From positions 79,227,857 through 79,291,856 of the forward strand of contig NC_083407.1 of the NCBI RefSeq assembly GCF_020745735.1: DNA of 64,000 nt, in the 5' to 3' direction. Each line of letters opens with the position of its first letter. The first letter of the stretch is position 1. The position numbers and the translations under genes were made by a program. Below, in pieces: positions 48,696 to 60,797 of this stretch. The notes under the pieces were generated by a model. The model was not told the origin of the DNA. It saw nothing but the letters and a program-made list of their open reading frames with translations, and made no database searches. This DNA comes from Hemiscyllium ocellatum (lineage: Eukaryota).

Positions 48696-50347
48696 TCTCC
48701 ACCAACTGATGCTACCTGGCTTGCTGTGGTGTTCTAGCCTCTTGGCTGTCTACCATGGATCATTCCTAGCTGCTATTGGTTGATAAATTATTCTAAAACA
48801 AACTTCACTGATCTAAAGTGGATGATCTAACACTTTGCACATTAAGCTGCAACTCAGATGTTAACAGATCTCTATTCTGACATGGGTGAAATATTTTTAT
48901 TTTAATTTACTCTAATTATTTTCAGCATATTCAGAGAACAGTCAAGTTTGAGTTGCAATTTGTACTTGCACATTTTCAATTTAAAAAACACCATGCATAA
49001 TCTGTTCAAAAACTGAATATTTCATAAAATAAATCCTTGCAATGTTTACTGATTTGAAGTAATAATATCTAATGGTAGGTAAAAAAGAATTGATGGTATG
49101 TCAGCACCATTAAATATTTTAAAATATGTTTTGCAAGTGAAAAATTATAGCTTTGGTCGGAGAAGCAGAAAGGGAAAGTTATGTATCCACTTAGCCAAAA
49201 TTTACAGTAGTTATAATTAGTTATGGTATGAATTCTCAGAACTAGAATTGATGGTGGAAGTGAGGTCTGTTGTGAACAATCGTACAGAGAAACAAGGTAG
49301 TAATATGGAAATAAATGAGCAGCATCAAGTAGATAACATACTTGGAGGAGGAGGTGTTATGATCATGTGGTTGATATTTATTATGTCCTTGTCATTTAAA
49401 GATCTAGACTGTGTGAAATGCATGTTCAAAGAAGGTTTACGCCATATTACAAGTTACTTGTTCAGGCTTTTAAGGGAGGTACCAAATAGGGAGAAAATAT
49501 TTGTTTTTAAAAGCAGTTAAATAGTTTCAGTAACCCAGTAACAACTTGGAAACATACAACACAGAATGAGGTCATTAAGATTACTGTTGGTGCTGGTTAG
49601 ATGAAGGTGTTATCCATATGGTCCCATTTCTCTTTCTTCTTGGCCATACATTTTTTAAAATTCCTTTTTGAATGTATGTCCAATTCTCTTGAAAGTTGCT
49701 ATTAAATCTGCTTGCACTACCAGTGTATTCCAAATCATACCTTACGTGAAAAATATTTCTCCTTGTATTGCCTTTGCTTTTTTTTGTTAGTTATAAACCT
49801 GTATCATCCAGTTTTTCCTCCTGCCACTGCTACCAATTATGGAAAAAAACACTCATTGATAATGTTGTCACTCCATAACTGAGAAGGGATTGTAGTTTAT
49901 TGATACACTTTAGATAATTGCAGCATGTAAATGTGTATTTATGCCTCTATTGTCTGTATCTTGCTCTAAATTCCTTCGTCTATGACTAGAGACCATTGGT
50001 GAGCAGAGTATATTTTTTGTTCATACATGATTTATTCTGCTAACAGCAATGAATGGCAAACAAAACTACTGCCAATCTGATGCAAAAAAGTGAATAATAA
50101 ATTCTCCAACAACCATTGTAATGTAGCTGTATGGTGAGCAGTGGATTGTTGCAGTTGCAGTAGGGGCCATATATCAAAACATCTTTATGATACAAGTATT
50201 TATGGAAATAAAGTTTTGGTATAAAATGTGTTTAGAACAATTATGACGTAGGTTTTGTCCATTTTCTATTGAGAATTGGAACAAGCCTGTATTTTCTTTT
50301 AAGCAATATATCTTGTTACAGGCTTGAATTGGTTAAGTGAAACTATC

Positions 50348-50479
50348 ATGCAACAGTTACCACCGGACACCATTCGACTTCTTTCAAGCTCTCAAACCAT
50401 TTCCTCTGTTGTTAGTGTAGTGAAGGAACTTGTGGAAAATGCCTTGGATGCTAATGCAACAAGCATCGAAGTCAAATTA
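50348..50479 (+). CDS. PMS1: PMS1 (MutL homolog) first coding exon (exon starts 50322)
   Basis: ttgttacAG| ... [44 protein letters not shown]|GTAAGT. Contains the GHKL ATPase N-box [10 protein letters not shown]; 132 nt. Confidence 0.93.
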
Positions 50480-52064
50480 GTAAGTAACATTATTTTTATT
50501 TTCTAAATCATGACTCGTTCTAGCTCCACAACAATCATGTTCTATGTGGTTTGGAATTGAAAGTGATTGAAAAGTGCTGATCCAAATCATTTGATCTACT
50601 GTTATTTGAAAAATATTTATGATTGGTAGGAATTGCGCCAATATATTTAATAGGTTATCAGTAATGAATGCATTACCGTGAATATGGAGATCATTGACAA
50701 ATTTATGGAGAAGTCCATTCCTGTATGTTAAAATAACTGAAAATTCTAATATTTGATTGTTAGCTTTATTAGAGAAGGCTCACTGAAAATGTTATCTCCA
50801 TTTTCAATTGGGGAAATTTCTAAAAATTGGAGATATTTATTGTTGACATAAGTTGAAAACCTGTTGCTGAATTTGGGTTTTAATTAGTTACCAGCACGAC
50901 TCCATTTGTAAGAAATTTGCAAATTTTACTTTGGTAGGTTCGATATGCACTCAATTAACTTCAGTATTTCAATGTCATCTGCACAATCCTTCACATTGGT
51001 ATGTGACACCGATGAAAGCAAAATTCTCACAGGTAAATATTAGTTACCATGTGAGTTTGATAATTTCATACAATGACAGTCCACATCCTTTCAATGGTAT
51101 CATTCAACAAATTAAATATCCTAATATTCAATAGTTTGCATTAAAATATTATAATAAATGAATATGTCTTGTGAGCTGAATCTTTGATCCACAAATGTGC
51201 AGAATTATGGTCTTTTAGCCTTTTTGCACAAAGGTTATCAAAAATGTATCTTACAACTTCAGAGCATCAGATTTTTATCTTGCTGAACCAGTTATCATCA
51301 CACAGTATGGGTTGCCATGCTACTGCTCTCAACCCTATTGTTTTTAGGATTTTCTGCATGGTGCACCATAATTGCAGCTTGGATCCATGTTTCCCTCCTC
51401 CATTAGGTGATGGAGTCTTGAAACTGATCTATCCATTAAGCATGCTAATTCCTGGGTAGGGTAAAGAACAAAATGTGGGAATTTCACAAAAAAATTGTAT
51501 AAATTTGTCATGTGCTTAGGCTAATCAAGCACATTGGAATTCTTCAATTTGCAAATTTAAAATATCTATCCCCTCTGATTCCTAGATAATCCCCAAGTAA
51601 AGTAAAAGTAGGAATATACATAAAGCAAACTTCTTCAATTAGTTGAATAGTCTCAAAGAACATAGATGTTTCGTCACCTCTATTATTCAGTAGTTCTGTC
51701 CACTAAACATTTATCCATCACCTTAGTAAAATGTGTTTCATTTTCTGCTTTCATTGTTCCTACAATGGATTATTGCAAACACTTATTGCCCTCTGTGTCT
51801 CCCAAATACACAAAAATACACATATGTGCTGAACGTTATGATTCTAGTTGATTCATTGTATTGAATCTTCACAAGATGCATTCTGCTTGCAATGTAAAAA
51901 AATCAACTATTTATTCAGTAAGCTGTTTGATTAATTATTATTTTATAACTTGGTCTATTGATGCATTTTAAGGTTCTTTTGCATGAATTCACAATGCAGT
52001 TAATTTCAGGTTTTACTGAAACTAAAAGAACCATTTTTTTATAATTTCTTCATATATGAATCAG

Positions 52065-52247
52065 GAAAATAGTGGGCTTGATAGGATAGAAGTACGGGAC
52101 AATGGTGATGGAATCAAATCTGTTGACACACCTGTCATGGGAGTCAAACACTACACATCTAAGATTAGTCATCATGAGGACTTGGAAGCCCTAGAAACAT
52201 ATGGATTTCGTGGTGAAGCATTGGGTTCTATCTGTTCTGTGGCTGAG
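52065..52247 (+). CDS. PMS1: PMS1 second coding exon; gene continues beyond the window
   Basis: aatcAG|[61 protein letters not shown]|GTAAGA. MutL signatures DNG.GI, TSK and GFRGEAL; 183 nt, in frame. Confidence 0.95.
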
Positions 52248-52299
52248 GTAAGAGATTGTTTGTAAGTTTGACAATCATTATTAAGGATGTTGTATTTAC

Positions 52300-55200
52300 A
52301 TATTTGTCCAAATGCCTTTTAAATGTTGTTAATGTACCCCCCTCAATCACTACTGCTGGCAGCTCATTCCATATGCATACCACCCATATGTGTTAAAAAG
52401 TTGCCTCTCCGGTTTCTTTTTATTCTTTCCCCTTTAATCTTAAACTGATGCCGTCTAGTCCTCGATTCCCCAACCCTAAGAAAAAGACTGAGTGCACTCA
52501 CCCTATTGATGCCTCTCATGATCTTATTCACTTCTATAAGGTTCCCCCTTCCCCCTGCTCAGTCTCCTATGCTCTAAAGAAAACAGTTCTAGCTTGTCCC
52601 ATCTCTCCATGTAACTCAGACCCTTGAGTCCAGGCAACATCCTTGTAAACCTTTTGTGCATTCTTTTCATTTTAATAACATCCTTCCTATAGCAAGGTGA
52701 CCAAAACTGAACACAATACCCCAAGTGTTACCTTGCCAATGTCCAGTACAATTGCAACATAACTTCCCAACTTCTATACTCAATGCCCTGACTGATGAAG
52801 GCCAGTGTTTCAAAGCCTTCTTCACTGTCCTGCCTATCTGTAACTCCACTTTCAGAGAACTATGCACCTGAACTCCAAGGTCCTTCTGTTCCACTACACT
52901 CCTTAAGGCTCTACCATTCACCATGAAATCCCTACCTTGACTTGACTTTCCAAAATTCAAGACCTCACACTTATCTATATTAAACGTTTGCCATTTCTGG
53001 GGACTACTTCCCCAGCTGACCAGGGTCCTGCTGCAATATCTGACAACCTTCCTCACTGTCCACGGTACCTTCTACTTTAGTTTAATCTGTAAACTTAGTA
53101 ATCGTGCCTTGAACCTCCTGATCCAAATCATTGATATTGATAACAAACAGCATTGGGCCCAGCACTGACCCCGAGGCTTCCACTAGGTACAGGCTTCCAT
53201 TCCAACAAGCATCCTACCACTAGTACCCTCTGCTTCTTACCATCAAGCCAATTGTGTATCCAATTTGCCACCTCCCCCTGGATTCCATACAATCTAACTT
53301 GCAGAGCAGCCTACCATGTGGAATCGTATCAAAGGCCTTACTGAAATCAATATAAATAATGTCTACCGCCATGCCCTCATCAACCTTCCTTGTCACTTCA
53401 TCAAAGAACTCTAACAAATTTGTGAGGCACGATCTTCCACGCACAAAGCCATGCTGACTATTCCTAATCAAACCCTGTCTTTCCAAATGCATATATTATC
53501 TTATCTCAGAATCTTCTCAAGTAATTTACCTAGTACAGTTGTTAGGCTTACTGGTCTATAGTTCCCAGGTTTTTCTTTGCAGTCCTTCTTGAACAATGGC
53601 ACAGCATTCATTGTCCCCAGTCTTCCGGGACCTCACCCATGGCTAATGATGATGAAGAAGTATCAGGCAAAGCCCTCGCAATTTCTTCTGTAACCTCTTG
53701 CAGTGTTCTTGGATACATCTGGTCAGGGCCAGGAGATTCATCCACCTTCATACATCCAGCATCTCTACTGTGATATGGACTGTCCCCAAGATATTACCAC
53801 TAACATCCCCAAGTTCCTAAGTCTTCATGTCTTTTTCCACGGTAAACACAGAGGAGAAATATTCATTGAGGACCTTGCCCATCTCCTCCGGTTCTACACA
53901 TATGTTCACTTTGGTCTTCGAGTGGTCCTATTCTCTCTCTAGTTATTTTTCTTTTTATATACTTAGAGAACCTCTTGGGATTCACCCTAATCTTCTCAGC
54001 CAAGGCTATTTTGTGCTGTCTTTTCACCCTCCTGATTTCCTTCTTCAGTAAACTCCTTTATCCCCTATACACCTCCAGGGATTCCTTTGATCCCAGCTGC
54101 CTGTACCTGCGCAATACATCCTTTTTTTCTGGTCAAAGACTCAGTGTCTCTTGTCATCCAGAGTTCCCCATTCTTGTCAACCTTGGCTTTCACTGTCACA
54201 GGACTATATAGACTTTGAACTCGAGCTGCCTCACTTTTAAAGACTTCCCACTTTCCGGAGGTACCTTTGCCTGTGAACAAACTACTCCAATGAACCCTTG
54301 CAAGCTCCTGTCTTATTCCATCACAATTCACCTTGCTCCAATGTAGAACTTGAACCTGTGGACCACTTTTGTCCCTCTCCATAACTATTTTAAAATTAAT
54401 ATGGTTACTGGTCCCAAGGTGCTCCGCACTGTCACTTCTGTCACCTGTCCTGCCTATTTCCCAAGAATAGGTCGAGTTTTGCCCCTTCCTGAGTAGGACC
54501 CTTGATTTACTGTTTCAGGAAACTTTCCTGAATGCACTTAACAAATTCCACCCCATTTAAGCCCTTAGATTGGGGCTGCCAGAGCACTATGTTAAGAAAA
54601 TTAAAATCCCCTATTATGACTCAATTACTCCTGCAAGTTTCCCCAATCTCCCATATTTGTTCCTCTAATTCCCATTCACCATTTTGAGGGCCTATGGAAC
54701 AGCCAAGTAATGTCTCCATCCCCTTCTTATTTCTTAGCTCCACCCATAAAGTCTCACTGGTTGATTCTTCAGTTATTTCATCTCTGATTACAGCTGTGAT
54801 ACTCACCTTGATCAAAAATGCCACAAACTCTCTGCCACCTAAAGCATCTGTACCCTGGTACATTAAACTGCCAGTCCTGTCCTTCCCTTAGCCATGTTTC
54901 TGTAATGGCAATAATATCCCAGTTCCATGTACCTACCCATGCCCTGTGTTCCTCGGCCTTACCCGTCAGCCCTTTTGCATTGAAACAGATGCAGTTTAAC
55001 ACAACGGGCATTCCTTGCTACTGATCATGTTCCAGCCTGCCTGTCTCTTCATTTTACTAGTTCTGATTACTGTATCTCCTTCCAGCCTCGCACTTGCCTC
55101 CCTGCTGATGAGGGTTCAATTCCCCTGCCAATCTAGTTTAAACCTTCCCTTGCAGCAATAGCAAACCTGGCCACCAAGATATTGGTCCCCCTCCAATTCA

Positions 55201-56090
55201 GATGTAACCTGTCCTTCATAAACAGGTCACCTTTACCCCAGAAAAGATCTCAATGATCTAACAATCTGAATCCCTGCACCAATTCTTTATCCATGCATTC
55301 ATCTGCCATATCCTCCTGTTCTTACCATCACTAGCACATGGCATTGGAAGTAATTCAGAGATTACCACCGACAGGGTTCTCGTTTAACATTTTTCCTAGC
55401 TCTCTATAATCACTCCACAGGACCTCATCTCTATTTTTACCTATGTTATTTGTGCCAACGTGCACAATGACTTCTAATTGCTCACCTTTTCCCTTGAGAA
55501 TGTTCTGTAGCCACTCCGAGATATCCTGGATCCTGGCACCTGGAAGGCAGCACATCATCCTGGATTCCCATTTGCGGCCACAGAATTTCCTGTTTGCCCC
55601 CCTAAATATTGAGTGTCCTCTCACTAAGGTCCTGTGTAACTTTACCTTTTCCTGCTGTGCTCCAGAGCCAGTCATAGTACCACCAACCTGGCTGCTGCTG
55701 TGTTCCCCTGAATGGTGATCCCCCCTCAACAGTATCCAAACTGTTTTCCAGAGGATTGGCCTAAGGGGATTCCTGCACTCTCTACCTACTCCTTTTGCCA
55801 TTCCTGGTGACCACACAGCTACTCTTTGTCTGCACCTCAGTGCCTACCTCACTAAAACTCATATCTGTGAAGTGGTCAGCATCTCGGATAATCCTGAGTG
55901 CATCCAGCCCCCTAACACGGTCTCCCAGGAGTTGCAGCTGGATGCATTTATTGCAGGTGTAGTTATCAGAGAAAATAAAAGTCTCCTTGAGCTCCCACTT
56001 CTGCAGGAGGAACATACGACTGCCCTAATTGCCATCTCATCTGCTGTAAGACTTAATATATAACAGGCAGTTTCCCTGTGATACACTTAA
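52300..56090 (-). mobile_element. Near full-length CR1 LINE: ORF1 (zinc finger + SGNH/GDSL esterase) and ORF2 (APE + RT), disrupted
   Basis: ORF1 'CSSC...C.KCIQLQLL', 'GHSIFRG..RKFCG...CCLPGARIQD...VHVGTNNI'. ORF2 'FNAKGL...DIIAITETWL', 'ETLWVELRN', 'QHGFVRGRSCLTNLLEFF', 'DFSKAFD'. Confidence 0.92.
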
Positions 56091-57162
56091 CTGAGAGTTG
56101 AAGAATAAGAATGTAGAAGTATATCAGAAATAAGAGCAAGAGTAAACTCCTGCATCCTGCCTGCTCTGTCATTCAATGCAAACATCACTGCCTCATCTCC
56201 ACTTTCCCATTCAATCTCTCATTACTTGATTCCCCAGTAGACCAAAAATCTATTGATCTCAGCCTTGAATATATTCAAACGGCCTAGCATTCACTCTGGG
56301 GAGTAGAGACTTGCAAACATTCACAATTCTCTGAAGAAATTTCTCCTCTCTGTTTTAAATCCTTATCCTGAGATTGTGCCCTGATGTTCTGGATTCCATG
56401 GTGAGGAGAGACAATTTACCCTGTCAAGTCCCTTTCAGAATTTTATTAAAATTTACATTTTAACCTCAAGAGAATGTAACACAGTTTAGTCAGCCTATCA
56501 TTATAGGACAACCCTCTCATCCCAATCGAGTTAACCTTTCCTGCACTGCCTCTTACTTTCTTCCTCAAGCCCATTACTGTATATATATTGTAAAATTCAG
56601 TTAGCAGCACTTTTGCTGCAGGGGGAATACTTAGTACATCCTCCTCTAGAAAATGAAGAGATGGATATTGAATTGTTTCTGCCACATTAAAGGATATGTG
56701 TATATTACCTGTGATTTTCCAACATTTGTTCCTGATTTTAGGCAGGCTACTTGGGGAGCTCACTGAATCGGTTCTTGCATACTCACAAATAGTCCTTTAC
56801 AGGACTGGGGAAGGGATTAAAGAAATCTAGAACAGTACTGCATGGAAAGAGACTGTTGGTCCCATCATGTCTTGGCAGGCTGTTGTAAAGGACTATTGAG
56901 CATACAAATTAAGAGCAGAAGTTGGCCATTCTGCCCTTCAGATCTGCTCCACTGAACTACTTATATTCTGAGTCCCATGTTCCCATCTATCCTGATAACC
57001 CATCTCCCCCTTAATAGTATTCAATGACACCACTTCTACCACCTCCTTAGGTACATGCATTCAAAAGTTGTACAAATCCTCAAGGGAAACAATTTGCCTC
57101 ATCTCTATTCTAAAGGGGCATCCTGTATTTTTTAAACAATGACTTGACTCTAGATTGATCCA

Positions 57163-57247
57163 AAGGGCTTTTGCCCGAAATGTCGATTTCGCTGCACTTT
57201 GGATGCTGGCTGAACTGCTGTGCTCTTCGAGCACCACTGATCCAGAA
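57163..57247 (+). mobile_element. 85-bp pLTR-derived insertion with perfect 14-bp TSD
   Basis: TSD tctagattgatcca at 57149-57162 and 57248-57261. The insert starts inside the hammerhead (aagggcttttgcccgaaatgtc) and ends gatccagaa. Confidence 0.85.
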
Positions 57248-58369
57248 TCTAGATTGATCCACAAGAGTAAACATAATTTCCACTTTGTGAAGATCATTTA
57301 GGATCTTATATACTTCACGCAACTTCTAAAGTCCAGTGGGAACAAACTTGATCTGTCCTTCCAGCATTTCCTCCTAAGACAACCGACATAATCCAAGTAT
57401 CAATGTAGTAATCCTCCCCTGAACCATCTCCAAAGTATTTGTGTCCTTCCTTAAAGAAAGATGCCAAAGGCGCACATAGTATTTGAGGTATGACGATACC
57501 ATAATTGAAGTGTTACAACCTCGTTTTTATACAAAGCAAAGAACTGTGAATGCTGGAAATCTGAAACAAAAACAGAAATTGCTGGAGAAACTCAGCAGTT
57601 CTGGCAGCATCCATGGAGGGAAAGCAGAGTTAATGTTTCAGGTCCCGTGACTGTTCTTCTGAACACAATTTGGAGCCTTATTTTTATGTTCAATTCTTCT
57701 TGTGATAAAGAAAAGCATTCCAATAGTTTTAAACTCTTGTGCCCACAAACCAACCTTTTGTGACTCATGCACTAGAACATCTAGTTCTTTCCTGCACCTT
57801 GGACTCTGTACTCATTCTCTACTTAAATAATATTTTTATTTTATTTTTAATTCTTCCTGCCAAAATGATCAATTCTACATTTTTCCACACAATACTCCAT
57901 GTGTCAGGTTTTTGCCCACTGCTTCCTTGTTATGTTACCTTTGATCCCCTCAGCTAAATCATTGCTATAAATTGTAAAATGTTGAAGACTCAATACAGAC
58001 CTGCCCGAAATGTCAATTTTCCTGCTCCTCGGATGTTGCCTGACCTGCTGTACTTTTCCAGCACCACTCTAACCTTGGCTCTGATCTCCAGCATCTGCAG
58101 TCCTCATTTTCGTCTGGTTGGACCAAAGAGTCTGTTTCCATGCTGCATGACTCTGACTGTATAATATGATTCTTTTTAGATTAAAATCACACATAATTGA
58201 TGCTGACTCTTTATCATAAACACCCAAAATTTCTTGTTGTGTACTTCTTGCTCCATCATAATTGCCTGTAGGTCAATTCCACTAGTGACTTCTTTTCCCT
58301 ACTACTCCTGATCTCCATCTAAACTGATTGCATATCATTATCTACTAAACCAGGATCATCTCTAACTAT

Positions 58370-59690
58370 TGCACCAGTGGGGTTATGAAAAAGACTCTTG
58401 CAAACAGGATTAGGGAGAATCCTAAGGTATTTTATAAATACATTAAATGGTTAGCCAGAGAAAAAGTCGGGCCATAGGGACCAAGGGGGCAACATGTGTG
58501 TGAAGCCGCAGGATATTGGAAGGCAGTTAAATGAATACATATCATCAGTCTTCACTCTGGAAAAGGGGAAAATAGGTACAGAATTCAGGAAAAGGGGACT
58601 GTGAAGAACTTGCACAGTTTGACAGAGGAAATGGAGAAGTATTGGCGGCTTTGTCAGATTTAAAAATAGACAAGTCTCCTGGCCTGGATGAATTAAATCC
58701 CAGACTGCAATGGGAAGCAGAAACTGGCTTAGTAATAGGATGCAAAGTGTAATAGAAGGCTGTTTTAATGACTGGAGGCTAGTGTCCAGTGGTGTACCCC
58801 AAATGTGGGGGGAATGTTAAGCAAATTTACAGATAATACCAAGCTTGGTATACTGTTAATAGCAAAGAATATAGTTGTAGCTTACAAGAAGATATAGATG
58901 GGTTGGTCAGATAGGCAGACAGTATTTAATCTTGACAAGTGTAATGTGATGCACTCTTGGAGGAGAAACACGATGAGGGAGTATTTAATGAATGGCAGGA
59001 CACTTGGTTGTTTCGAGAAACAGAGGGAGCTTGGGGGGTTTATTCACAGATCCCTAGAGTTGTCAGAGTATCTGAATAGCATAGTTGTTTTCATCAGTCA
59101 TGCCATAGAGTATAAGAAGGAGGAGGTAATGTTGGAGTTGTACAGAGAGCATTGGTCAGGCTGCAATTGGGGTATTGTATGCAGTTCTGGTCACCTCACT
59201 GCAGGAAGGATGTGATAGACTAAAAGGGGTACAAAGGAGGTTCAACAGGATGTTGCCTGAGATGGAGAAATTGAGCTGTAAGCAGAGATTAGATAGCCTT
59301 GGATTGTTTTCTTTAGGGGGGACATGATTGAGGAGTATAAGATTAAAAGAGTATGGACAGGGTGGATAGAGAGCAGCTGTTTCCTGTGGTTCGGGGTCAA
59401 TTATGAGAGGGCATAGTTTTAGGATAAGGAGCAGGAGGTTGAGACGGGATTTGGGAAAAAAGCGTTTCACTCTGGATGATAAGAATCTGGAATGCACAGC
59501 CTGAGAAGGTAGCAGAGGCTGAAAACCTTATGACCTTTAAGAAATATTGGATGAATATTTCAAATATCATAACATTCAAGGATATGGGACAAGTGCAGGA
59601 AATTGGGATTAGCGCACTTTTAGTGATAGTTATGTTGGTGCAGACTCAATGGACCAAAGGGTCTTTACTATGCTGTGTAAATCTATGAAT
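58370..59690 (+). mobile_element. CR1 LINE fragments
   Basis: 'KSPGLDE', 'SGVPQ', 'FNLDKCNVMH', 'IWNAQPEKV' traces and a CR1 tail. Confidence 0.8.
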
Positions 59691-60797
59691 ACTATCTCAG
59701 GCATGCTGCCCCACTTCTTTTACCTAGCTTCCTATTCTTGAATGTCCTGTACTCCTCAATATTCAAACCCAACTCTTGTCATCCTGCAGCTATGTCTCCA
59801 TAAAGACTTTCCTAGCACATTTATTCATTTCAAAGTGCATGATCGATTCATTTACTTTTTAACGGATTCTACACTAATTCAGAATCAGAAGTTTTTTTGT
59901 TATGTTTTGGTAACATCTAGTTTTAGGAGCAGATTTCTTTTTTCCTCTCCATCTCGTCTTGCCATTCCCTGACTCTCATTTTCCATGTTAGTATTTCACT
60001 CTCCTCCCTCAACTCTCTCCCTTGATTTGTTACATTTACCCAAGCTCAATCCCTCAGCACCTCATACTTCACCAACCAAATTGTTAAGATTAAAGAAAAC
60101 TCTGTTTCTTTAGATGTACAGCATCTGAGAACTGGAGTCCCAGCAGAGATTAAGGTTAAGATCATCCCAGCAGTCTAGATCACACGTTTCTCAGTACTCA
60201 AATTAGAGCTCCATGAACTTTCCATTTCTCCCACTCAAGTCACACATTCATTTCTCTAATATTATTCATCCTATCCCAACTTGCATGTGTCTCAGTGAGT
60301 AATTCGGGTGGCTATTCCTTTTAGATTTAGCTTTCTAATTTAATGCCTAACTTCTCCATATTCCCTTGCCAGAACCTTTTACCTAGTTCTACTATGTAGT
60401 TGGAACCAACATGGACAGTGATGACTGGATCTTACTCAGTCCCATGACAAATTCCTCTCTCGTCAAAAAGAAATATCCTAAATCCTGACAACGTACAAAC
60501 AGCACAGCCATCTGGACTATCACTCTTTGCTGCAGAGACCACTGTCAATCCCCTTCACTATACCGTTCCCTTACTATCACTGTCTTCTTTCTTTACAAAA
60601 CCACCACCCTGCCCTGCTGCCTCCGCCGCTGCACTACCATACTCTCTTGAATAGCTTCCCTTACAAATGTGCGTGACCAATTCATTCATCCACCATGCAG
60701 CTCTCACATTCATCCAAACTAGGTGACAGCCTCAAACCTGTTGAATTATTGCAAAAGCTGAGGGTCCTGCGCTGTGGGTCCTCTTACCTGCCTCACT

